DNA of 64,000 nt from an uncultured Aliarcobacter sp. (GCA_963677435.1 OY781945.1:1120001-1184000); one strand, 5' to 3'. Positions 11,201 to 20,487 are shown, numbered from the stretch's first letter. A program made the numbers and translations. The notes: generated by a model not told the origin, from the letters alone.

Positions 11201-11458
11201 AAATTTGTTATAGGAAAATTAGAAAAAGAGTTAAAAAATGAGTGGTTACTTATAAAAGATGCGGGCGATTTCTCATTAATAGAAAAATTTGCTGAAAAGT
11301 TAAATTCTTTGTCAGTAGAAAAAGATATTTATTTATTGAAAGATTATGTAGATGAATTAGTAAAAAATATAGAATCTTTTGATATTGAAAAAGTTGATTA
11401 TTTAATGAATAGTTATTTGGAATTAATTGATAGTTTAAAGGCTAAAATTGGAAGATAA
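8300..11458 (+). CDS. Hybrid sensor histidine kinase (two PBP domains, HisKA, HATPase, receiver)
   Basis: FLANMSHEIRTP, NLIGNAIKFT, DTGIG, GGTGLGL; receiver VVDD...LMDLRMP. Confidence 0.93.
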   Translation: MKYFILIVIFISALFSSVIEDNKSVFTAEELQWIKDNPVVKIGADSNWPPFEYLNESGKYEGIASDYLEILSKYTGLKFEVYADDWYSVITKIKEKKLDMLACVARTEDREKYLNYSNPYLTIDVVVIGKKDLKIKKFDEIKNYVVAVQKDNFVYERLVKKYPNMKFVFAKSNKEAFELVSYGKADIFIGNMPVFSYFVQKELYTNIEVKFKADFDKIDLSMAVLKENQTLFNIIQKVMPLIIQKEEDKINKKWIFELDEKKKKINFTKEEIDWIKHTPILKISGDPAWPPYSFYDENENHIGMIPDLVNEVFKDSNIKVEYVKTNSWSQTLDLIKEKKIDLIDSISYYPSRDKFLNFSNKYMGTEIVIIANNKESNYVNSLNNISNKIIATGKGYLVSEEIKHDFPQIKNIKEYDTPLEGLKDLSNSRIDYFIMDIPSFEFYSKKYSISNLKIVGPTGYNYKYGFGVKKDDEILVSILNKLLENVSSSKKDEIYRKWVKVEYEQKIDYDLIWKILSISIIILSIIFYWNRKLKQEIREKEKIQKELETERNNISSLNEELKKAKDIAENVAKQKSEFLANMSHEIRTPMNSVIGFTEILDKEIQNPLHKEYLNSIKKGGNSLLRIINDILDLSKIEAGKLEIRNESLNPRNMFLEIESIFHSKIISKNITFVLDIDKNIPKYIIIDGVRIRQILFNLIGNAIKFTERGQIKLKVENLYKDNIKSKIDLIFSVEDTGIGIDEKNLISIFNAFEQVSNFDVAKYGGTGLGLAICAKLVHMLNGEIKVQSQRNKGSIFTVILKDIPVSSIEEEITPSKFLASNIEFEKAQILVVDDIEENRKLVQASLKEFDINLVMAQNGKEAIEKLRNINIDLILMDLRMPVMDGYEAANIIKNDSKLKTIPLIALTASVMGKDLEKVSKFGFDGYLRKPVILDDLIEELSKYIKYHLKNENIIEKNDNKIMNPNKLKFVIGKLEKELKNEWLLIKDAGDFSLIEKFAEKLNSLSVEKDIYLLKDYVDELVKNIESFDIEKVDYLMNSYLELIDSLKAKIGR

Positions 11459-11849
11459 TAATAAAATTTTAATTGTAGACGATATTGCTAAAAATATCCA
11501 AATGGCAATGAATATTTTAAAAAATGAAGGTTACAAAATGTTTTATGCTAAAAGTGCAGAGATGGCACTTAAATTAGTAAAAGAGCATGATTTTGATTTG
11601 ATATTGTTGGATATAATGATGCCCGATATAAATGGTTTTGAAGTTTGTAAGAGATTAAAGAATAATGATAAAACAAAAAAAATCCCAATAATATTTTTAT
11701 CTGGTAAAGATTCTACCCACGATATTGAACAAGCTTATGAGAGTGGAGGAATAGACTATGTTCTAAAACCTTTTATTACAATAGAATTAATCACTAAGGT
11801 AAACTCATATATAAGATTAAAACAATTGGAAGATAAATTTAAAAATTAA
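11448..11849 (+). CDS. Single-domain response regulator
   Basis: LIVDD, LLDIMMP, KPF; TTG start overlapping the kinase gene. Confidence 0.88.
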   Translation: MEDNNKILIVDDIAKNIQMAMNILKNEGYKMFYAKSAEMALKLVKEHDFDLILLDIMMPDINGFEVCKRLKNNDKTKKIPIIFLSGKDSTHDIEQAYESGGIDYVLKPFITIELITKVNSYIRLKQLEDKFKN

Positions 11850-11858
11850 AGGTTTAAA

Positions 11859-13001
11859 ATGCATAAAAAATATGAAAATAAAATTTTACTAGTTGATGAT
11901 GATTCAAAGAATCTTCAAATTGCTATGAATATTTTAAAAGATTATAATGTAATTTATGCACAAAGTGGAGATAAAGCATTAGAGTTATTGCAAAAGAATA
12001 AATTTGATTTAATTTTACTAGATGTAGTTATGCCTATAATGGATGGGTATTATGTTTGTTCAAAGATTAAAGAAAATGAAAAAACAAAAAAAATTCCTAT
12101 AATTTTTTTAACAGTTAAAGATGATGAAAAAGATATAGTAAAAGGTTTTGAATTAGGTGCAGTTGATTATATTACAAAACCTTTTTATAGTGAAGTTTTA
12201 CTAAAAAGGGTTGAAGTTCATTTAAAACTTGCAACTGTAATGAATGAACTTGAACTTGTAAATAAAAATTTGAATCTACTTGTAAAAGAACAAGTTGGAG
12301 AGATAAGACAAAAAGATGAGATAATTGTAAGACAATCAAAGATTGGAGCAATGGCTTCAATTATAGATGTTATAACTTTGCAATGGAAACAACCACTTGA
12401 TAAAATAAAATTATATTTACAATCTTTGGATTTGAAATTTACAAATATTGATGAGTTTAAATCTGATGAAATATTTAAAAAAACATTGGAAGAAGTAAAT
12501 AAGTTAGATATAGTTATGGATGATTTTCATAAATTTTTTAATAATAAAAAAAGTAAAGAAAATGTAAATATAAAAGTTTCTTTAGATAGTGTTCTTTTTT
12601 CTTTAAAAGAGGAAATGAATAAACAAAATATAAATATAAATATTGAGGGTAACAATTTATTATCTTTAAATATTGTGATTGATGAAATAAAACATATTTT
12701 TAGTAAATTAATATCTAAATCAATAGAAAATTTTAAATTGAATAATTTGGTACAAAATAAACAAATAAGTATTAGTTTTGAAGATTCAAATCAGTCAATT
12801 TTTATTATTTATAAAGATAATGCAGATTCTTATGATGATGAGCAAATAGGGAAGTTCTTTTTAACACCATGTTCTTTAAAACATAATAATTTTGATTTAG
12901 GGTTTTATTTAGTTAAAGTGTTCGTTGAAAAAAATTTTGGATTATTAAGTGTTGAAAAAACTCAAGATGGAATAAAATATACAATAAGATTTGATAAATA
13001 A
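11859..13001 (+). CDS. Receiver domain fused to a degenerate histidine-kinase-like domain
   Basis: LLVDD/LLDVVMP/KPF receiver; H-box position reads ITLQWKQPL (no His); G-boxes eroded (DLGFY). Confidence 0.8.
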   Translation: MHKKYENKILLVDDDSKNLQIAMNILKDYNVIYAQSGDKALELLQKNKFDLILLDVVMPIMDGYYVCSKIKENEKTKKIPIIFLTVKDDEKDIVKGFELGAVDYITKPFYSEVLLKRVEVHLKLATVMNELELVNKNLNLLVKEQVGEIRQKDEIIVRQSKIGAMASIIDVITLQWKQPLDKIKLYLQSLDLKFTNIDEFKSDEIFKKTLEEVNKLDIVMDDFHKFFNNKKSKENVNIKVSLDSVLFSLKEEMNKQNININIEGNNLLSLNIVIDEIKHIFSKLISKSIENFKLNNLVQNKQISISFEDSNQSIFIIYKDNADSYDDEQIGKFFLTPCSLKHNNFDLGFYLVKVFVEKNFGLLSVEKTQDGIKYTIRFDK

Positions 13002-13015
13002 AAGGAGAATATATA

Positions 13016-13378
13016 ATGAAATATAATGAATTAAATGATGAAGAAAAATATGTAATAGAAAATAAAGGAACGGAGTATCCTTTTACTGGAATTTATAATG
13101 ATTTTTATGAAGAGGGAATTTTTACATGTAAAAAATGTGATGCGCCACTTTATAAATCAGATGATAAATTTAAATCAGGTTGCGGTTGGCCAAGTTTTGA
13201 TGATGAGATAGAAGGTGCTGTAAAAAGAGTTCCAGATAGAGATGGAAGAAGAGTTGAAATTGTTTGTGCTTCTTGCGGCGGACATCTCGGACATGTTTTT
13301 GAAGGTGAAAGATTAACTTCAAAAGATACAAGACACTGTGTGAATTCAATTTCATTAAACTTTAAAGCAAAAGCATGA
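13016..13378 (+). CDS. msrB: Peptide-methionine (R)-S-oxide reductase
   Basis: GTEYPF, SGCGWPSF, GHLGHVF, RHCVNS, two CxxC. Confidence 0.96.
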   Translation: MKYNELNDEEKYVIENKGTEYPFTGIYNDFYEEGIFTCKKCDAPLYKSDDKFKSGCGWPSFDDEIEGAVKRVPDRDGRRVEIVCASCGGHLGHVFEGERLTSKDTRHCVNSISLNFKAKA

Positions 13379-14112
13379 TTATTCCTCAAATAAATATTGC
13401 AATGCTTATAGATTGCGATAATGTAAGTGCAAAATATATTGATAGTATTATAAATGATTTATCAAAATATGGAACTATAAATATTAGAAATGCCTATGGA
13501 AACTGGAAAGATAAAAGACTTCAAGGCTGGGAAGATGTTTTACATAAATATAATATAAAACCAATTCAACAGTTTGCCTATACAAAAGGCAAAAATGCTA
13601 GTGATATTGCAATGGTTATAGATATTATGGATTTACTTTATACGAAAGATTTAGGTGCTTTAGCTCTTATTACAAGTGATAGTGATTTTACACCTGTAGT
13701 TTCAAGAATATTATCAAATGGAATTACAGTTTATGGATATGGAGAAGAAAAAACTCCTGAATCTTTTGTAAATGCTTGTTCTCAGTTTATTTATGTTGAA
13801 AAACTTTTTGATTACACAAAAGAAGATGTAGCCTGTGCTAGTTCAAATAATAGTAAACTAACAAAAGTACAACTAAGAAAAGATACTAAACTTGTGGCAC
13901 TTTTAAGAAAAGCAGCTGAACAAACATCAGATGATAGTGGTTGGTCAAATATTGCAGCAGTTGGTTTATATATTAATCAAAATTCATCTTTTTCTCCAAT
14001 CAATTATGGATACAAAAAATTGGGTGAATTAATAAAAGCCACTGAATTATTTGATATTAAAATATTAGGTGAAAATAAAACAGTAATGTTAATAAAAGAT
14101 AACAGGAATTAA
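13375..14112 (+). CDS. NYN (LabA/DUF88) domain protein with C-terminal OST-HTH/LOTUS domain
   Basis: LIDCDN, AYGNW, GKNASDI, SDSDF; C-terminal NYGYKKLGELI. Confidence 0.9.
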   Translation: MIIPQINIAMLIDCDNVSAKYIDSIINDLSKYGTINIRNAYGNWKDKRLQGWEDVLHKYNIKPIQQFAYTKGKNASDIAMVIDIMDLLYTKDLGALALITSDSDFTPVVSRILSNGITVYGYGEEKTPESFVNACSQFIYVEKLFDYTKEDVACASSNNSKLTKVQLRKDTKLVALLRKAAEQTSDDSGWSNIAAVGLYINQNSSFSPINYGYKKLGELIKATELFDIKILGENKTVMLIKDNRN

Positions 14113-14113
14113 A

Positions 14114-14170
14114 ATGCAAAATCAAAATATAAAAAAAGCATATTTCGCAGCGGGTTGTTTTTTAATGTGA
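14114..14170 (+). pseudogene. msrA: Displaced native 5' end of msrA (left junction)
   Basis: ATG 1 nt after the NYN stop reads MQNQNIKKAYFAAGCFLM*; matches the msrA N-terminus up to AGCF. Confidence 0.85.
14135..14162 (+). repeat. Left att-like direct repeat of the msrA island
   Basis: AAAGCATATTTCGCAGCGGGTTGTTTTT, identical to 20600-20627 (28 bp). Confidence 0.92.
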
Positions 14171-14826
14171 CCTTTCTATTAAGCATTATAAGCCTATTTA
14201 AGAGTTTATATAAACTTTCTTTTTCTATTAAATTATTCTTTCTAATTTAATAAATTAGGCTTAAGACTGGAAAATCTTAAGAGTTATTGTTTTTAGAACA
14301 GAGAATTCTTGGTATTTTGGGAAATGAAACAATAAATAATACATTAAAAATAATAAAGATATTTTCTTTAAAAAATTAATTGGTAGTTATGCTTGCCATA
14401 AATCAATACTTCAAGAAAATCTATTTAGTATAACAAAGTATATAAATAATAATTTAGATATATATATTTTAATAATAAAATATTATTTATAAGAAATTCT
14501 AGCTAAAGTAAAATTATAAAAATATTCACTTCTCAAAAGATAAGTATAATGATATAAGAGAAAGTATAAAAGATTCTATCAAAATTTACAAATTTATAAA
14601 TTCTCTTTATATATATCAAAAAGCCATTTCATATCTAAATATATAAAATTATTTATAGTAAAATATGATGAATAATTAGAAAAAAAGAAATGTAAATTTA
14701 TTATTTTATACTACTTAATTAAGCTATATAATAATAAAATTCGACTTAAAAACAATATTTAACAATAAACATTTTAATAAAAAAATATTAATTAAGTGTT
14801 CCAAAATTAAACATAAGGAAAAATAT

Positions 14827-16293
14827 TTGATCTTCAATTCTTACGAATTCATCTTCGCATTTCTACCAATAACCTTTTTTATATACTTTTATCTTAATCA
14901 TAAAAGATTAACTGTAGCCTCAAAAGGGTTTTTAGTGTTTAGTTCACTATTTTTCTACTCTTGGTGGAATATAGCTTATTTACCTTTGATTTTAATAAGT
15001 ATACTTTTTAACTATCTAATAGGTAATAGTTTAAATAAAGAAATTAAAACTAACAAAAAATCTTTTTCAAAAAAATCTATTCTAATATTTGGTATTGTTT
15101 GTAATATAGGATTACTTGGATACTTTAAATATGCAGATTTTTTTATAGAAAATTTTAATTTGGCAATAGGTACAAATGTAAATCTTTTACATTTACTTTT
15201 GCCCTTAGCAATATCTTTCTTTACTTTCCAACAAGTAGCATATCTAGTTGATAGTTATAGACAAGAAACAAAAGAGTATGATTTTCTAAATTATGCACTG
15301 TTCGTAACATTTTTTCCTCAATTAATAGCAGGACCAATTGTTCATCATAAAGAGATGATGCCACAATTTGCTAATAATAGAAATATGGTAAAAAATTATA
15401 GAAATATAGCGTTAGGACTTTTCATATTTTCTATTGGATTATTTAAAAAAGTTGTAATTGCAGATACATTTGCAGTTTGGGCAAATGCAGGATTTGATAC
15501 AGCAATAACATTAAATCTATTTGAAGCTTGGACAACATCATTATCTTATACATTTCAACTATATTTTGATTTTTCAGGTTATACAGATATGGCAATAGGA
15601 ATTGCACTTTTATTTAATATAAAACTTCCTATTAACTTTAATTCTCCATATAAAGCTTTAAATATACAAGATTTTTGGAGAAGATGGCATATTACTCTTT
15701 CACGATTTTTAAGAGATTATATTTATATCCCATTAGGTGGAAATAAAAAGTCTTCTTTTAGAACATACTTAAATCTTCTTGCTACTTTTATAATAGGTGG
15801 GTTTTGGCATGGAGCAGGATGGACATTTTTATTCTGGGGATTTCTTCATGGAATTGCTTTGATTATTTATAGACTTTGGTCAAATTTTGGATTTAAAATG
15901 TGGACTTGGTTAGCTTGGTTGATTACTTTTAACTTTGTAAATATCGCATGGATATTTTTTAGAGCAAAAGAGTGGGATGACGCAATTAAGGTTTTAGGTT
16001 CGATGTTTAATTTAGATAATGTTGTCTTGCCAAATGTATTAGCTTCAAAACTTTCATTTTTAAGCAATTATAATATTGGATTTGGTGGATTGGTAGAAAA
16101 TATACAAGGAAATAACTTTACCCCTATTTGGTTGATTTTTGGATTCATTTTAATTTTATTATTCAAAAACTTGATGGAAAAATGGGAAGAATTTAAAATA
16201 AATTATAAAACATTAATCTTAACTTTTATCTGTTTAACAGCTGGACTTTTATCATTAAATAAAGTATCAGAATTTTTATATTTTAATTTTTAA
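14827..16293 (+). CDS. MBOAT family O-acyltransferase (AlgI/PatA/DltB-like)
   Basis: LPLAISFFTFQ, FFPQLIAGPI, QLYFDFSGYTDMA, FWRRWHITLS, catalytic GFWHG, FLYFNF C-terminus. Confidence 0.95.
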   Translation: MIFNSYEFIFAFLPITFFIYFYLNHKRLTVASKGFLVFSSLFFYSWWNIAYLPLILISILFNYLIGNSLNKEIKTNKKSFSKKSILIFGIVCNIGLLGYFKYADFFIENFNLAIGTNVNLLHLLLPLAISFFTFQQVAYLVDSYRQETKEYDFLNYALFVTFFPQLIAGPIVHHKEMMPQFANNRNMVKNYRNIALGLFIFSIGLFKKVVIADTFAVWANAGFDTAITLNLFEAWTTSLSYTFQLYFDFSGYTDMAIGIALLFNIKLPINFNSPYKALNIQDFWRRWHITLSRFLRDYIYIPLGGNKKSSFRTYLNLLATFIIGGFWHGAGWTFLFWGFLHGIALIIYRLWSNFGFKMWTWLAWLITFNFVNIAWIFFRAKEWDDAIKVLGSMFNLDNVVLPNVLASKLSFLSNYNIGFGGLVENIQGNNFTPIWLIFGFILILLFKNLMEKWEEFKINYKTLILTFICLTAGLLSLNKVSEFLYFNF

Positions 16294-16302
16294 GGATAAT
16301 TT

Positions 16303-17373
16303 GTGAATAGTAAAAAATGGATTAAAATATTATTGACACTTTGTACTTTAGCTGTTGGATTTGTTGGTGGGGTTAATTATTTGGTTGATCCATTTGATAT
16401 TTTTCATACAAAAATTTTAAAAGAACAATTTCAAATAAATGAAAGATTCATAAAAATTGAATTTTTAGAGAAGAATCATAAGAAATTTGATTCATATATG
16501 TTTGGCTCTTGTCGTATTGGAACTACTCCACCAAATGTATTAAATCAGTATGTAAATGATGCAAATTTTTATAATTTTACAATTTCAAGTGCTAATTTAT
16601 ATGATTATTTACTTCATTTACAATATTTCATAAAAAAAGAATATCCTTTAAAAAATTTGTATTTAGAAATAGATATTGACAATATGAATAATTATGGAAG
16701 AAGTGAAAGTGATTATTTAAGAAAATTTCATCCTTATGTTCTAAATCAATCTTTATATAGTTATTATATCTCTTATTTAACTGGATTTTTTCCATTTAAT
16801 ATAAGAGGGAAGATTGAATTAAATATTAAAAGAGATGATATAACTACATATTCTCTTGAAACTGGTATTTGGGGTAAACCAATAAAAGAAAAAAAGATAC
16901 AAGAGAACCCCTTGAAATTTATAAGTGAAGAACCAAGCTTTCATATTAAGAATGCTAGGTTAATAAAAAATAGTTCAAAATTACAGAATTTAAAAGCATT
17001 AAGTGAAATAGTTAATTTATCTAAAAAAAATAATATAAATTTAATAGTTTTTACAACTCCTTATAATAAAAATATGATGGATAATTTTATTTTAAATGAT
17101 TATTTTGACTTCTTAAAAGAGATTTCAACTGTTATTAATTTTTATGATTTTACAGGATATAATTCTATTACATTAAACAATACTAATTATTATGAACCAA
17201 GTCATTATAGAGAAAATGTTGGAAGATTAATAGCAGCTAAAATTTTCAATGATAAATCAATAGATGTTCCAAAAGATTTTGGTGTGCTAGTTACAAAAGA
17301 TAATATAAATGAACATTTAGAAAATCTTAGAAAACAAGTTAATGATTATGAATTAGAGAAAAATGTAAAATAA
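16303..17373 (+). CDS. Membrane-anchored SGNH-like protein, MBOAT partner (copy 1)
   Basis: N-terminal TM + NYLVDPF; FGSCR (GxS block); YYEPSHY (D/ExxH block); directly downstream of MBOAT. Confidence 0.7.
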   Translation: MNSKKWIKILLTLCTLAVGFVGGVNYLVDPFDIFHTKILKEQFQINERFIKIEFLEKNHKKFDSYMFGSCRIGTTPPNVLNQYVNDANFYNFTISSANLYDYLLHLQYFIKKEYPLKNLYLEIDIDNMNNYGRSESDYLRKFHPYVLNQSLYSYYISYLTGFFPFNIRGKIELNIKRDDITTYSLETGIWGKPIKEKKIQENPLKFISEEPSFHIKNARLIKNSSKLQNLKALSEIVNLSKKNNINLIVFTTPYNKNMMDNFILNDYFDFLKEISTVINFYDFTGYNSITLNNTNYYEPSHYRENVGRLIAAKIFNDKSIDVPKDFGVLVTKDNINEHLENLRKQVNDYELEKNVK

Positions 17374-17540
17374 TAAATATTTAATTTAAGTTTGTTTTAC
17401 ACTTGCAATTTTATTAGTAGAACTGTAAGTGCTCAAAACATAATATAAAATTCTTTTTTCAGAACGATGATGTACTCATTTTGAAATTTAATAAGAATAT
17501 ATTAATTGAGTGTTCCATAATTAAACATAAGGAAAAATAT

Positions 17541-18038
17541 TTGTTCTTCAATTTCTATGAATTCATCTTCGCATTTCTACCAATAACCTTTTTTATATAC
17601 TTTTATCTTAATTATAAAAGATTAACTGTAGCCTCAAAAGGGTTTTTAGTGTTTAGTTCACTATTTTTCTACTCTTGGTGGAATATTGCTTATTTACCTA
17701 TTAACTTTAATAGTCCATATAAAGCTTTAAATATAAAAGATTTCTGGAGAAGATGTCATATTACACTTTCAAGATTTTTTAAAGAGTATATCTATATTTC
17801 ATTAGGTGGAAATAAAAAGTCTTCTTTTAGAACTTACTCAAATCTTGGATTTAAAATGTGGACTTGGTTATCTTGGTTGATTTTTGGATTCATTTTAATT
17901 TTATTATTCAAAAACTTGATGGAAAAATGGGAAGAATTTAAAATAAATTATAAAACATTAATCTTAACTTTTATCTGTTTAACAGCTGGACTTTTATCAT
18001 TAAATAAAGTATCAGAATTTTTATATTTTAATTTTTAA
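17541..18038 (+). pseudogene. Internally deleted MBOAT copy (165 codons, still one open frame)
   Basis: Colinear with 14827-16293 except for three deletions of 645, 111 and 213 bp; catalytic His segment missing; same RBS/TTG context as copy 1. Confidence 0.88.
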
Positions 18039-18047
18039 GGATAATTT

Positions 18048-19118
18048 GTGAATAGTAAAAAATGGATTAAAATATTATTGACACTTTGTACTTTAGCTGT
18101 TGGATTTGTTGGTGGGGTTAATTATTTGGTTGATCCATTTGATATTTTTCATACAAAAATTTTAAAAGAACAATTTCTAATGAATGAAAGATTTATTAAA
18201 ATTGAATTTTTAGAGAAGAATCATAACAAATTTGATTCATATATGTTTGGCTCATCTTGTATTGGAACTACTCCACCAGATGTATTAAATCAGTATGTAA
18301 ATGATGCTAATTTTTATAATTTTACAATTGCAAGTGCTAATTTATATGATTATTTACTTCATTTACAATATTTCATAAAAAAAGAATATCCCTTAAAAAA
18401 TTTGTATTTGCAAATAGATATTAACAATATGAATAATTATGGAAGAAGTGAAAGTGATTATTTAAGAAAATTTCATCCTTATGTTTTAGATCAATCTTTA
18501 TATAGTTATTATATTTCTTATTTAACTGGATTTTTTCCATTTTATATAAGAGGAAAAATTGAATCAAATATTAAAAGAGATGATATAACTACATATTCTC
18601 TTGAAACTGGTAGTTGGAGTAAACCAATAAAAGAAAAAAAGATACAAGAGAACCCCTTGAAATTTATAAGTGAAGAATCAAGCTTTCATATTAAAAATGC
18701 TAGGTTAATAAAAAATAGTTCAAAATTAAAGAATTTAAAAGCATTAAGTGAAATAGTTAATTTATCTAAAAAAAACAATATAAATTTAATAGTTTTTACA
18801 ACTCCTTATAATAAGAATATGATGGATAATTTTATTTTAAATGACTATTTTGACTTCTTAAAAGAGATTTCAACTGTTATTAATTTTTATGATTTTACAG
18901 GATATAATTCTATTACATTAAACAATACTAATTATTATGAACAAAGTCATTATAGAGAAAATGTTGGAAGATTAATAGCAGCTAAAATTTTCAATGATAA
19001 ATCAATAGATGTTCCAAAAGATTTTGGTGTGCTAGTTACAAAAGATAATATAAATGAACATTTAGAAAATCTTAGAAAACAAGTAAATGATTACGAATTA
19101 GAGAAAAATCTAAAATAA
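18048..19118 (+). CDS. Membrane-anchored SGNH-like protein (copy 2)
   Basis: Same length as 16303-17373; I count 18 substitutions in 356 aa; FGSSC and YYEQSHY. Confidence 0.7.
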   Translation: MNSKKWIKILLTLCTLAVGFVGGVNYLVDPFDIFHTKILKEQFLMNERFIKIEFLEKNHNKFDSYMFGSSCIGTTPPDVLNQYVNDANFYNFTIASANLYDYLLHLQYFIKKEYPLKNLYLQIDINNMNNYGRSESDYLRKFHPYVLDQSLYSYYISYLTGFFPFYIRGKIESNIKRDDITTYSLETGSWSKPIKEKKIQENPLKFISEESSFHIKNARLIKNSSKLKNLKALSEIVNLSKKNNINLIVFTTPYNKNMMDNFILNDYFDFLKEISTVINFYDFTGYNSITLNNTNYYEQSHYRENVGRLIAAKIFNDKSIDVPKDFGVLVTKDNINEHLENLRKQVNDYELEKNLK

Positions 19119-19243
19119 TAAATATTTAATTTAAGTTTGTTTTTTACTTTTAGAACGATGATATATTAAAAATAAATCAATTGTTAATTATCTCTATGAA
19201 AATCATAGAGTAAAAGTTTTATAAACAAAATGGACTATAAAAT

Positions 19244-19552
19244 ATGGTAAATTTAAAATGTGGAAATTTTGAAAGACAAATTGAAGACTCATTTCACCGT
19301 TTTAAATCATTAGGTGTTAGAATAGTTGGAAATAATGATAATTTAACACATAGTGATAAATTATCTGAAAAAATAGAAATGTATTTAAAATATGATATTA
19401 GCTCTTATGACTTCGTCTTATTTTTACTCGTGATAAATATGAAAAAAAATTAATTCTGGAATTTCTGAAAAGAAGCAAATCTTCAAATTAGCGAAATTTT
19501 AAATCACAAACGAGAAACTATTACAGATTATTATTTGAACCGAACCACTTAA
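19244..19552 (+). pseudogene. Tyrosine-recombinase-like relic (frameshifted, internally deleted)
   Basis: Across frameshifts reads ...ISSYD-R-IFTRDKYEKKINSGISE-EANLQISEILNHKRETITDYYLNR*, resembling the HxxR and LGH...Y boxes. Confidence 0.5.
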
Positions 19553-19625
19553 TAAAAAGAATATAAAATGAATGGATTATTTTTTAAATCTGTGTAATAA
19601 TTAAATTAATAAAGAATGAACAAAT

Positions 19626-19880
19626 TATGGTAACTATAAAAATTTAACAAAAAATGATATGAATGTACTTTTAGAGTTACTAAAAATATCAGATAAAGAC
19701 AATAATATTTTCTTTCATAAGAATGAAAGAAAAATCATCTCTCCATCTTTGGGTATTAGCAGAAATAGCTTATTTAAATAAATAATATCACTGCAAAAAA
19801 AACAAACAATTAATCAATAAAAAAATGATTATTATTATATTTTAAATAAAGTAGTATTTATAAATTCAAGAATCAACTAA
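19626..19880 (+). pseudogene. RepL-like winged-helix relic
   Basis: Frame with two internal stops: NLTKNDMNVLLELLKISDKDNNI...SLGISRNSLFK*IISLQKK...YYILNKVVF. Confidence 0.4.
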
Positions 19881-20205
19881 CTTAATATCAACTTTTATAT
19901 CATTTGAAAAATAAATCTTTTGTTCTATTAAATCAGTATGAACAGCATTTAATATTTTAAAACTATCTGTATCTCCAATACTAGGATGTAATTTTTTATA
20001 AATCTTTTTAGCTTTATTGATTCCTCCTACTTAAATTTAAAGAAGTTAAAAAATTTGGTTCTTTTTCTTTTCAAAAATTTTTCACTTTCGTTAATTCATT
20101 GGGCTTTTTATAGATTGTAATGTTCAGATTTTTATTTAGAGAAAAATACAAATAAGAAGTATGAAGATTTTATTTCGTATCACTAAATCAATCTAATAAA
20201 ATTAA

Positions 20206-20438
20206 ATGAGAAAAAAAGCAGGAAGAAGAACAATAGTATTTAGAGATAAAGAGAAAAATAAAAAACAACTATTAGTAGCAAAAAAAGATTATAAAATCAA
20301 AAAGCAAGAAGAAAATCAAAAAAAGTTTTAGATATGGTTTTAGTGTCTCAAAATGAAGGTAAAAAGATAAATTGTTCTGAAATAGGAAGATTATGTAAAT
20401 TAGATAGAAAAATGGTTAAAAAATGTTGTTTAATATAA
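20206..20438 (+). pseudogene. Relic with C-terminal HTH, possibly a plasmid Rep/primase tail
   Basis: Frameshifted; ends EGKKINCSEIGRLCKLDRKMVKK, an HTH pattern. Confidence 0.35.
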
Positions 20439-20487
20439 ATATATAAGGAGTATTCGACTAAAATACATCAACAAAAGATAAAAATTT

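Noticed and set aside
14170..14826. AT-rich left part of the msrA island, examined for a repeat array or gene relic
   Set aside because: No regular repeats and no peptide I could assign
17481..17540. N-terminal extension of the 185-aa ORF
   Set aside because: Corresponds to the duplicated upstream/RBS region; the homologous start is TTG 17541
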